Below the pieces are notes generated by a model that had not been told where the DNA came from, made no database searches, and saw only the letters and a list, made by a program, of their open reading frames with translations. Below are positions 46,676 to 58,302 of a stretch of 64,000 nucleotides of DNA, one piece after another (the first letter of the stretch is position 1; every line of letters starts with the position of its first letter). Source of the stretch: Octopus sinensis (Eukaryota); contig NC_043026.1 in NCBI RefSeq assembly GCF_006345805.1, forward strand, positions 14,735,579 through 14,799,578, read 5' to 3'. The position numbers were made by a program, and so were the translations under genes.

Positions 46676-48970
46676 AGATTGGCATATTTCGGTCATATTA
46701 TGCAGAGAAAATCCCTGGAGAAGGACATCATGCTCGGAATGGTCAGTGGCAAGAGAGGAAGAGGCCGACCAATGGAGGAGTTCTTAAGCAGATAAGGCCG
46801 AAAATGTCACTAGAAGCTAGGATCACCAAGCATAGATTGGCATATTTTGGTCATATTATGCGGAGAAAATCCCTGGAGAAGGACATCATGCTCGGAATGG
46901 TCAGTGGCAAGAGAGGAAGAGGCCGACCAATGGAGGAGTTCTTAAGCAGATAAGGCCGAAAATGTCGCTAGAAGCTAGGATCACCAAGCATAGATTGGCA
47001 TATTTCGGTCATATTATGCAGAGAAAATCTCTGGAGAAGGACATCATGCTCGGAATGGTCAGTGGCAAGAGAGGAAGAGGCCAACCAATGGAGAAGTTCT
47101 TAAGCAGATAAGGCCGAAAATGTCGCTAGAAGCTAGGATCACCAAGCATAGATTGGCATATTTCGGTCATATTATGCAGAGAAAATCTCTGGAGAAGGAC
47201 ATCATGCTCGGAATGGTCAGTGGCAAGAGAGGAAGAGGCCGACCAATGGAGGAGTTCTTAAGCAGATAAGGCCGAAAATGTCGCTAGAAGCTAGGATCAC
47301 CAAGCATAGATTGGCATATTTCGGTCATATTATGCAGAGAAAATCTCTGGAGAAGGACATCATGCTCGGAATGGTCAGTGGCAAGAGAGGAAGAGGCCAA
47401 CCAATGGAGAAGTTCTTAAGCAGATAAGGCCGAAAATGTCGCTAGAAGCTAGGATCACCAAGCATAGATTGGCATATTTCGGTCATATTATGCAGAGAAA
47501 ATCTCTGGAGAAGGACATCATGTCGGAATGGTCAGTGGCAGAGAGGAAGAGGCCAACCAATGAGAAGTTCTTAAGCAGATAAGGCGAAAATGTCGCTAGA
47601 AGCTAGGATCACCAAGCATAGATTGGCATATTTCGGTCATATTATGCAGAGAAAATCTCTGGAGAAGGGACACATGCTCGGAATGGTCAGTGGCAAGAGA
47701 GGAAGAGGCCAACCAATGGAGAAGTTCTTAAGCAGATAAGGCCGAAAATGTCGCTAGAAGCTAGGATCACCAAGCATAGATTGGCATATTTCGGTCATAT
47801 TATGCAGAGAAAATCTCTGGAGAAGGACCTCATGCTCGGAATGGTCAGTGGCAAGAGAGGAAGAGGCCGACCAATGGAGGAGTTCTTAAGCAGATAAGGC
47901 CGAAAATGTCGCTAGAGCTAGAAGTAGGATCACCAAGCATAGATTGGCATATTTCGGTCATATTATGCAGAGAAAATCTCTGGAGAAGGACATCATGCTC
48001 GGAATGGTCAGTGGCAAGAGAGAGGAAGAGGCCCCACCAATGGAGAAGTTCTTAAGCAGATAAGGCCGAAAATGTCGCTAGAAGCTAGGATCACCAAGCA
48101 TAGATTGGCATATTTCGGTCATATTATGCAGAGAAAATCTCTGGAGAAGGACATCATGCTCGGAATGGTCAGTGGCAAGAGAGGAAGAGGCCAACCAATG
48201 GAGAAGTTCTTAAGCAGATAGGCCGAAAATGTCGCTAGAAGCTAGGATCACCAAGCATAGATTGGCATATTTTGGTCATATTATGCGGAGAGAAAATCCT
48301 GGAGAAGGACATCATGCTCGGAATGGTCAGTGGCAAGAGAGGAAGAGGCCGACCAATGGAGAAGTTCTTAAGCAGATAAGGCTGAAAATGTCGCTAGAAG
48401 CTAGGATCACCAAGCATAGATTGGCATATTTCGGTCATATTATGCAGAGAAAATCTCTGGAGAAGGACATCATGCTCGGAATGGTCAGTGGCAAGAGAGG
48501 AAGAGGCCAACCAATGGAGAAGTTCTTAAGCAGATAAGGCCGAAAATGTCGCTAGAAGCTAGGATCACCAAGCATAGATTGGCATATTTTGGTCATATTA
48601 TGCGGAGAAAATCCCTGGAGAAGGACATCATGCTCGGAATGGTCAGTGGCAAGAGAGGAAGAGGCCGACCAATGAGGAGTTCTTAAGCAGATAAGGCCGA
48701 AAATGTCACTAGAAGCTAGGATCACCAAGCATAGATTGCCATATTTGGTCATATTATGCGGAGAAAATCCCTGGAGAAGGACATCATGCTCGAATGGTCA
48801 GTGGCAAGAGAGGAAGAGGCCAACCAAGAACCCGCTGGCTTGACACCATCAGGAGTGATACCGGAATGGACATAGCCAATCTGAAAGAAGCGGCCCAGGA
48901 TAGATCTGACTGGAGGACACTGATCCAACGAGTAACCGAGAGTCGACTTCGACTGAGTGGATAGAGAGAG
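46676..48970 (+). mobile_element. 5'-truncated RTE-clade LINE with an internal 158-bp tandem array (~13.6 units)
   Basis: RLAYFGHIMRR..MLGMVSGKRGRGRPRTRWLD..RLRLSG*; 10-bp TSD AATGATATAT at 46666-46675 and 48971-48980. Confidence 0.85.
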
Positions 48971-49329
48971 AATGATATATGAACAAGCATCATCATCAAG
49001 ACAAATTTTCTATGGTTGGGTGCCTTTCCTACCACCAACCTTCACCTGTTTCCTTGCAAGGGTATACTTCCCTGCGGCCAGACATGTTTTCACGGAAGAT
49101 TGGAAAGAAAGAGTAATACTTGTATGACAGTGACAAGACAAAGAGGCACCTGTCCCACCTCACACACACACATGTAGAAATACATGTGTGTGGGCGGGTG
49201 GTGTGTATGTAGTTTATTTTAGTGAACCTGAAGCTCCGAGTTGGCTTCAAGTCTTGACTTTCATACCATTGTGATCTTCAGGCAAAACTGTTACGACCTG
49301 GTATTGGGGAGAGAGAGAGAGGGAGAGAG

Positions 49330-49520
49330 ATTGACCGATAGATGGATGGATAGATAGATGGATGGATGGATAGATAGATAGATTGACCAATAGACGGACA
49401 GACGGACGGACGGACGGACGGACGGACGGACGGACGGACGGACGGACGGACGGACGGACGGACGGACGGACGGACGGACGGACGGACGGACGGACGGACG
49501 GACGGACGGACGGACGGACG

Positions 49521-49584
<64 letters not shown>

Positions 49585-49615
49585 CAGACAGACAGACAGA
49601 CAGATAGATAAGTAG
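49330..49615. repeat. Compound tetranucleotide array (GATA/GATG)-(GACG)n-(GACA)n; TCTG array at 45395-45660
   Basis: Direct inspection. Confidence 0.95.
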
Positions 49616-50512
49616 ATAGTAAAGACAGAGAGAGAGATCCACTGATGTAGGCTTATTTAGTGCTGATACTGAATCATAAAAGTTCTCATCTGAAGATCAC
49701 AATTGCATGAAACTCTAGTGGCAAGATAAATCTCAGCTCCAGTTTCAATAATAATAAAAAAAAAATGCATCCTCTAGGACTTGTATTGAGCATTACATTG
49801 TCATCTGTTTGCTTGATATAAAATTGTATAATATATACATATGTATAATAAATATATATATATATCATACATACACATATATAATACACATATACATACA
49901 CATACATATATACATACACACATATATACATACACACACATATATACATATACATACACACATATATACATACATATATACATACATACATACACACATA
50001 CACACACATACATACATACACACATACATACACATACATACATACACATACATACATACACACATATACATACAAATACATACACATACATATACATACA
50101 TACATACACATACATATACATACATACATACACATACATACATATACATACATACACATACATACACATACATATACATACATATATACAGACATACATA
50201 TACATATACATACATACATATACATACATACATATATACAGACATACATATACATATACATACATACATATACATACATACATTATATATATATATATAT
50301 GCATAAACATATATGATGGGCTTCTTTCAGTTTCCATCTACCAAATCCACTCACAAGGCTTGGACCAACTCAAGGATATATAAGAAGACACTTGTCCGAG
50401 GTGGCATGCAGTGGGACTGAACCTGGAATCACGCAGTTGGAAAGCAAACACATCAGGAACCACAGGGACCCCACATGCACTCTCCCGTTTACTTACTCAA
50501 AATCTGACTCAC

Positions 50513-50656
50513 CATGGGCCCATAACCGGAATGGGCGCGAGCCCGGTGCACACTGGCTCGCTCCTTCTCGGCCGCAGTTCTCTGCACTGTCTGGAAATTA
50601 TTCAAAGCATCGCTGAACTCGGAACGCAGTCGTTCATTCTGCATCTTACGCTGACG
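50513..50656 (-). CDS. STX7: Syntaxin-7/12-like exon (RQRKMQNERLRSEFSDALNNFQTVQRTAAEKERASVHRARAHSGYGPM)
   Basis: cttttgcag| and |gtgagt; 144 nt, phase 0 to 0; Habc helix c. Confidence 0.92.
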
Positions 50657-51038
50657 CTGCAAAAGAAGGAACGGAACATTACAGAGAGATAAATAAATAA
50701 TCGCAAGTGGCAGTGAGGCGGGGGGGAGGTGTTGATGCATTTTCCCCCCCATCACCCAGGAAACAAATATAAAAAAAAAACAAACAACAAACCACCGCCG
50801 CAAGAATTGCAATAACAACTACACTCTTACTTTTTTACTTGTTTCAGTCATTTGACTGCGGCCATGCTGGAGCACCGCCTTTTTAGTTGAGTAACTCGAC
50901 TCCGGGACTTATTCTTTTGTAAGCCTAGTACTTATTCTATCGGTCTCTTTTGCTGAGCCGCTAAGTGACGGGGGACATAAACACACCAGCATCGGTTGTC
51001 AAGCAATGCTAGGGGGACAAACACAGTCACACAAACAT

Positions 51039-51071
<33 letters not shown>

Positions 51072-51776
51072 CGACGGGCTTCTTTCAGTTTCCGTCTACC
51101 AAATCCATTCACAAGGCTTTGGTCGGCTCGAGGCTATAGTAGAAGACACTTGCCCAAGGTGCCACGCAGTGGGACTGAACCCGGAACCATGTGGTTGGTA
51201 AACAAGCTACTTACCACACAGCCACTCCTGCGCCTATAATGATAACTCTTACTCTTTTACTTGTTTCAGTCATTTTGAGCACCACCTTAAAGCCTTTTTT
51301 TAGTCACAGAAACCAACCCCAGGATTTATGCTTTGTAAGCCCCAGAACTTATTGTATTGGTCTCTTTTGCCCAACTGCTTCGTTATAGGGACATAAACAC
51401 ACCAACATCAGTTACCAAGTAGGACAAATAGAGACACAAAGACACACACACACACATACATACATATATATATAGTGGGCTTCCTTCAGTTTTTGTCTAC
51501 CAAATTGATTCACAAGACTTTGATTGACCCATTCTTATAGTAGAAGACACTTGTCCAAAGTGCCATGCAGTGGGACTGAACCTAGACCCTTGGGGATGGT
51601 TCTTGCCACACATACATAGATATCTGTACCTATATACATATATGTATATGATGGGATTCTTTCAGTTTCTATAGTAAAGGACTCATGCTTGAGATTCCAC
51701 GCAATGGGACTGAACTTGAAACCTATCTGGTTTGGAAGCAAGTTTCTTACCACACACACAAATATCTATATCTATT

Positions 51777-51804
<28 letters not shown>

Positions 51805-51810
<6 letters not shown>

Positions 51811-51964
51811 CAAAATAAGCAACAAGAATGACTCCGGTAATTTGGTACGATCGTTTCGTACTACATCATTTTATTAAATGTTGTAAGTATTACAACAGTT
51901 TTAAAATGCTGAGCACTCATCAGCCAAATTACCGGAGTCATTCTTGTTGCTTATTTTGATTATA
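51805..51964 (-). ncRNA. Type I hammerhead ribozyme motif, intact core
   Basis: Minus strand reads: 41-bp perfect stem I, CTGATGA (51923-51917), stem II GTGCT/AGTAC, GAAA (51857-51854), ACGATCGT stem III, GTA cleavage triplet. Confidence 0.8.
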
Positions 51965-52070
51965 ATCACCCCACGGATTTTTATGGATAACACCATACAG
52001 AATTCTGGTGCATCTAAATTAAGTACCATATTCATTTGAATCTAAATTTTTGCTGAACTTATATATAAAA

Positions 52071-52361
52071 TAGAGATAAAACCACTATTAGGCAAATCAA
52101 ACAGTGAAAATCATAAACCAATACATAAAATTAATTAATAAAAAATATATAAAATATAAAATTTAAAATTTAAATTATTTAAATTTAAAGTTATATATAT
52201 AAGTATAAATTATTAATTTAAATAATTTTTAAATTTTAAATTTTAACTTTAAATTTAAATAATTTAAATTTTGAATTTTATTTTTTATTAATTAATTTTA
52301 TTTCTATGTATTGGTTTATGATTTTCACTGTTTGATTTGCCTAATAGTGGTTTTATCTCTA
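52071..52361. repeat. AT-rich fold-back of a dispersed family (also at 1-150, 40156-40340, 40500-40660)
   Basis: tagagataaaaccactattaggcaaatc... versus ...gatttgcctaatagtggttttatctcta. Confidence 0.8.
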
Positions 52362-52444
52362 ATTTAATATATATATTTATACTATAAAATTAGATTTAAT
52401 TCTAAATCTAATTTTTCCCTGTAAGTTTGGATTTACTCCCTAAT

Positions 52445-52490
<46 letters not shown>

Positions 52491-52678
52491 GACAGGCTTC
52501 TTTCAGTTTCCATCTACAAAATTCACTCATAAGGTTTTGGTTAATCCAAGGCTATAGTAGAAGGTATTTGCCCAAGGTGCTACACAGTAGGACTGAACCC
52601 AGAACCATGTGGTTGGGAAGCAAGCTTCTTACCACACAGCCACACCTGCGCCCATACATAGAAGAAGAGTTTGGTTAC

Positions 52679-52778
52679 CTGGTCAGATGCAGAGGCTGGT
52701 TGCGGGAAGTGAGCCAGTTCTTTGAGGTAAGAAGTTGTTTCTTTTGCCAGTTGGTTGGTGTAATGTTGGATCTCATGC
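52679..52778 (-). CDS. STX7: Syntaxin-7/12-like exon (HEIQHYTNQLAKETTSYLKELAHFPQPASASDQ)
   Basis: tttcag| and |gtaacc; 100 nt, phase 2 to 0; YTNQLAKET motif typical of STX7/12 Habc helix b. Confidence 0.92.
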
Positions 52779-53374
52779 CTGAAACACAACGCAATTAACA
52801 GTGGCATTAATTAATGAATTCATCGTTAATTACTGCGGGGACAATAACCATGCTGCTATCTATCTTTTATTGGTTTCATCATTAGGTGTGTGGCCAGGCT
52901 GGGGCAGCACACTGAGGAATTTTAGTTGAATGAATTGACCTCAGAACTTATTTTAGGGCATTAAGTTCGTTGATTGACGCTAGATGTAGGCTATTGTCAC
53001 GCGACCATCACCCAACAGGTCAATCTGTATTTCCACTGACGACATTCACAAAAGCAGAAACACTTGCAGTTATCTGACCTGCTTACTCAGTCAATGTCAG
53101 CTAATTATTTACTCATATTGAAAACTGGTGATAAACACAATAAAAATATGTTTTAGCTCCACATAAGTGCCAACTACAAGAGTGAAACGCAGGAAGACCT
53201 AGGATGAAGCCCTGAAGACCAATCTCAAGACATTGAGCCTTACCAAGGAGATGACTAAGGACCGAGATATCTGGTGCCTTGCTGTAGTCAAGAAGACCTG
53301 ACCACCACTGCAGAATTGCTACTGGTGCTGGTGCCACATAGGTAGCACCCGGTGCATTCTGTGGAGTGGTTGGT

Positions 53375-53570
53375 GGCGAGCTGGCAGAATCGTTAGCACG
53401 CCGGGCAAAATGCTTAGCGGTATTTCGTCTGCCGTTACGTTCTGAGTTCAAATTCAGCCGAGGTCGACTTTGCCTTTCATCCTTTCGAGGTCGATAAATT
53501 AAGTACCAGTTACACACTGGGGTCGATATAATTGACTTAATCCCTTTGTCTGTTCTTGTTTGTCCTCTCT
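53375..53570 (+). mobile_element. Third SINE family (ggcggcgagctggcagaatcgttagc...)
   Basis: tRNA-like head with gagttcaaattc B-box-like motif; related copies at about 9535, 26050-26480 and 26848. Confidence 0.65.
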
Positions 53571-53793
53571 GTCAGCTAATTATTTCCTCATAGTGAGAAG
53601 GACAGAGATAGAGAAACAAAGAGAGAGGGAGACGCAAAGAGGACAGAGAGAGAAAGGGCAGTCCCTTCTCCATCTTGACTTGCCTTTCCAGGTGGAATAT
53701 TTAAAAGTTTGAAAATGGGGTTTGGTTAAAATCAACATTGATATTCTACAGACAATACAGAACGACAACAACGACAACAACAAGATTACTTAC

Positions 53794-53863
53794 AGTTTGT
53801 CTCGTAAATCTGTAGAATCTTTTGCAGTTCCAATATGTTGAACCATTCTTTGTAGTTCAGCAA
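53794..53863 (-). CDS. STX7: Syntaxin-7/12-like exon (VAELQRMVQHIGTAKDSTDLRDKL)
   Basis: ccacag| and |gtaagt; 70 nt, phase 1 to 2. Confidence 0.9.
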
Positions 53864-53871
53864 CTGTGGAG

Positions 53872-54806
53872 TGGGGGAGAGAGAAAGTTGAGTGTGAGTG
53901 GAGGAGAGAGTGTGGTGAGTGAATGTGAGTGGGGGCAGGAGACAAAGTGGAGAGTGAGTGTGAGTGGAGGAGAGAGTGTGGTGAGTGAATGTGAGTGGAG
54001 GCAGGAGACAAAGTGGAGAGTGAATGTGAGTGGAGGAGAGACAAAGTTGAGTGTGAGTGGAGGAGAGAGTGTGGTGAGGAGACAAAGTGGAGAGTGAGTG
54101 TGAGTGGAGGAGAAGGTGTGGTGAGTGAATGTGAGTGGGGGCAGGAGACAAAGTGGAGAGTGAGTGTGAGTGGAGGAGAGAGTGTGGTGAGTGAATGTGA
54201 GTGGGGGCAGGAGACAAAGTGGAGAGTGAGTGTGATTGGAGGAGAATGTGGTGAGTTAATGCGAGTGGGGGCAGGAGACAAAGTGGAGAGTGAGTGTGAG
54301 TGGAGGAGAATGTGGTGAGTGAATGTGAGTGGGGGCAGGAGACAAAGTGGAGAGTGAGTGTGAGTGGAGGAGAAAGTTGAGTGTGAGTGGAGGAGAGAGT
54401 GTGATGAGTGAATGTGAGTGGGGGCAGGAGACAAAGTGGAGAGTGAGTGTGAGTGGAGGAGAAAGTTGAGTGTGAGTGGAGGAGAGAGTGTCGTGAGTGA
54501 ATGTGAGTGGGGGCAGGAGACAAAGTGGAGAGTGAGTGTGATTGGAGAATGTGGTGAGTGAATGCGAGTGGGGGCAGGAGACAAAGTGGAGAGTGAGTGT
54601 GAGTGGAGGAGAAAGTTGAGTATGAGTGGAGGAGAGAGTGTGGTGAGTGAATGTGAGTGGGGGCAGGAGACAAAGTGGAGGGTGAGTGTGAGTGGAGGAG
54701 AGAGAAAGTTGAGTGTGAGTGGAGGAAAGAGTGTGGTGAGTGAATGTGAGTGGGGGCAGGAGACAAAGTGGAGAGTGAGTGTGAGTGGAGGAGAGAGTGT
54801 GGTGAG
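53872..54806. repeat. GT/GA-rich minisatellite abutting a syntaxin acceptor
   Basis: Repeated gtggtgagtgaatgtgagtgggggcaggagacaaagtggagagtgagtgtgagtggagga. Confidence 0.9.
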
Positions 54807-54918
54807 TTTTTAATTCTCCTGTGCAGATATGTGTGCATAAGACTATTAAATTATTGCACAGGGGTTCCTTGAATGTTTCCTTGGGGTTCCGCTCCAGCAA
54901 AAAGTTTGAAAAGCACTG
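54806..54918 (+). mobile_element. hAT/Charlie-like MITE right end
   Basis: Ends GTTTGAAAAGCACTG followed by aTCTAGgg. Confidence 0.55.
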
Positions 54919-55443
54919 ATCTAGGGTATTAATCGACAGCACATATTTCATCTCTTGGCCCTAAGGCCATTGTTCACATGAGCATTCATCCTCCATTCGC
55001 ATCCCCCACACTATTTTCCACCAACCTCTCCTATTCTGTGCTTTCATTTCTCTCTTGCCCTCCACTTTGGCCGACATACATCACAGCTCCACCATACCTC
55101 TCATACCTGCAACCATTCTCCCTTTCTCTTTACTTGCTTCAGTCATTTGACTGCGGCCATGCTGGAGCACCGCCTTTAGTCGAGCAAATCGACCCCGGGA
55201 CTTATTCTTTGTAAGCCCAGTACTTATTCTATCGGTCTCTTTTCTTGTTTCAGTCATTTGACTGTGGCCATGCTGGAGCACCGCCTTTAGTCGAGCAAAT
55301 CGACCCCGGGACTTATTCTTTGTAAGCCCAGTACGTATTCTATCGGTCTCTTTTGCCGAACTGCTAAGTTACGGGGGACATAAACACACCAGCATCGGTT
55401 GTCAAGCAATGCTAGAGGGACAAACACAGACACACAAACATAT

Positions 55444-55476
<33 letters not shown>

Positions 55477-56739
55477 CATATATACGGCAGGCTTCTTTCA
55501 GTTTCCGTCTACCAAATCCACTCACAAGGCTTTGGTCGGCCCGAGGCTATAGTAGAAGACACTTGCCCAAGGTGCCACGCAGTGGGACTGAACCCGGGAC
55601 CATGTGGTTGGTAAGCAAGCTACTTACCATACAGCCACTCCTTTTCATTTACATAACATTGATACCCTTCTGCCATCGTTGTCCCTTCAGCTACCCTTAT
55701 ATATCTCTCACCTCCATCTCTTCCACTGTACATCATCAGACACTCCCTACTTTCTGATCAGTCGACCAATTGATGACACTGCTTCTCTCCGTTCCTCCTG
55801 ATCTGCCCCTTGTAACCACTCCATTCCCGAGTTACCTCCTCTACCTCATTCACCTCTCCCCCTCCATACCAATACTTCCCATCAACCACACCGCCACCTT
55901 TGTTCCTCACCCACTACATTCACCTCTTCGACAATCTCTAACCATGAGTTCCTCTCCTCTCACTCACCCATCCTTCCCCTTATCACTGTCTCTCTCTCCT
56001 CTCTTGTGCTCACCTTCTTGTATCTTGAGAGTTCACTCTGGCTTGTGTCTCCATCATCTCTACTCACTTTTCAGCTGCACCCACCTACCCTTATATAATT
56101 TGGGGTAACCACATATCTCCTCTCTTACAACACACCAATACTTTCCCCTCTATTATATTTAGCATCTTTTTTTTTTCCTCTTTCTTTCCATTTACGATCC
56201 CTTTTGATCGAAAACAAATACCCCTTTTTTTATCCCCAAAAAGAAAAGCTCTACCTTGTAATTTGTCCCGTCTGTGTGCAGCCCTGTGTGGCTAATAAAG
56301 AAACATACATTTAGCATCTCAGCACCTCTTGCAAAAATCCAGACGCCACACAGTCAAGAGGCTTTTTCTTTTTCTTGTCTTGCAAGATACTTGACAACCT
56401 CAGTGGTGCTGGTGCCACATAAAAAAAGCACTCCAGCCCACTCTGTAAAGAGGCTGACATTAGGAAGGACATTGTCCAGCTGTGGAAACCATGCCGAAAC
56501 AGACATTGGAGCTTGATGCAGTCCTGTCAAAGCATCCGATCCATGCCAGCCTAGAAAATGGGCAGTAAAAGATGATGAGATACACACAGAGTCTATTTCA
56601 GTTCCAGATGCACTGTACAACATCCCAGCGAATGGTCAGGTCTTGGCCAGGGGCAGTGGGGGGGTGGCAGTAGTGAAGTGGGGCGGGGGAAAAGAGGTGG
56701 TGGTCATGGATAATTGGGAGTTGAAAACATGGTACTTAC

Positions 56740-56814
56740 CATTTTTGACAATTTTCTGTATGTTGTTGCTGACGGATTTGGAGAGCCTGGCAAACTCATT
56801 CTCATTCTCACTGT
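56740..56814 (-). CDS. STX7: Syntaxin-7/12-like, first identified coding exon ([24 protein letters not shown])
   Basis: ttttgctcaacag| acceptor, |gtaagt donor; 75 nt, phase 1 to 1; Habc helix a. STX7 versus STX12 cannot be resolved from sequence alone. Confidence 0.85.
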
Positions 56815-56994
56815 CTGTTGAGCAAAAGAAAACAGAAATAATAATAACAACAACAACAACAAACAACAGTCCTTTCTATTATAGGCACGAGGGCAGAAAT
56901 TTTGGAGCGGGGAGGTGGGGTGGTTGGTTACTTTGACCCCAGTACTTGAGTCTGAAAGGAAGAGAAGCAATGCCTGAATGACCTTGCCAACCAT

Positions 56995-57017
56995 TATATG
57001 AATATATATATTATATA

Positions 57018-57067
<50 letters not shown>

Positions 57068-58000
57068 CATATATTATATATATATATATATATATGTGCA
57101 TATATATATATATATGCATATATATATGCATATATATATGCATATATGTATGTATATATATATGCATATATATATATGCATATATATATGCATATATAAT
57201 ATATATATATATATGCATATATAATATATATATATATGCATATATATATATGCATATATATATGCATATATATATAATATGCATATATATATATGCATAT
57301 ATATATTATATATATATATATGCATATATATATATATATATATTGCATATATATATATGCATATATATATGCATATATATATATATAGATATATATATAT
57401 ATATATGCATATATATATATATGCATATATATATATATATGCATATATATATATGCATATATATATATATATGCATATATATATGCATATATATATATAT
57501 ATATGCATATATATATATGCATATATATTATATATATATGCATATATATATATATGCATATATATATATATATGCATATATATATTATATGCATATAATA
57601 TATATAATGCATATATATATATGCATATATATATATATATATGCATGTATATAATATATTGCAATATATATATGCATATATATAATGCATATATATATAT
57701 ATATGCATATATATATATGCATATATATATATATATGCATATATATATATATGCATATATATATATATGCATATATATATATATGCATATATATATATGC
57801 ATATATATATATATGCATATATATATATATGCATATATATATATATGCATATATATATATATGCATATATATATATATATATGCATATATATATGCATAT
57901 ATATATATATATATATGCATATATATATTATATGCATATATATATATATATGCATATATATATATATATATAATATATATGCATATATATATGCATATAA
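56995..58000. repeat. (AT)nGC compound microsatellite, ~1 kb; similar TA/CA arrays at 20780-21460, 28530-29145, 30220-30920 and 49855-50310
   Basis: Direct inspection; source of the spurious YI/CI/HI ORFs. Confidence 0.95.
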
Positions 58001-58106
58001 AGTTGTGCAGATACTCTAAAGTAACCCCCCTTCCACTATGCTTGATAATGTTTGGCAAGGTCATTCGAGCATTGCTTCTCATCCTTTCAGACTCAAGGAA
58101 ATAAGT

Positions 58107-58268
58107 ACCAGTTGCACACTAGGGTGGGTCAAAGTAACCAACCACCCCACCTCCCCAGATAACCAGATAACCGAAGAGATGGTGTTGTGGATTTCCACTT
58201 CGGCATCCGAAACACGGAGTTTTATCTTGGCTATTGAATATTTGTCACATATTATTTTACAGATATAT

Positions 58269-58302
<34 letters not shown>

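Noticed and set aside
46676-48830. CRISPR-like or tandem-gene interpretation of the regular 158-bp array
   Set aside because: No unique spacers; units are an RTE LINE ORF2 fragment within one TSD-bounded insertion in a eukaryotic intron
50490-50512. Alternative gtaagt donor 16 nt downstream of the syntaxin exon end
   Set aside because: Would shift the frame against the next phase-0 exon
56704-58104. Long YI/HI/CI-rich ORFs (also at 20.7-21.5, 28.5-29.2, 30.2-30.9 and 49.7-50.4 kb)
   Set aside because: Translations of TA/CA microsatellites
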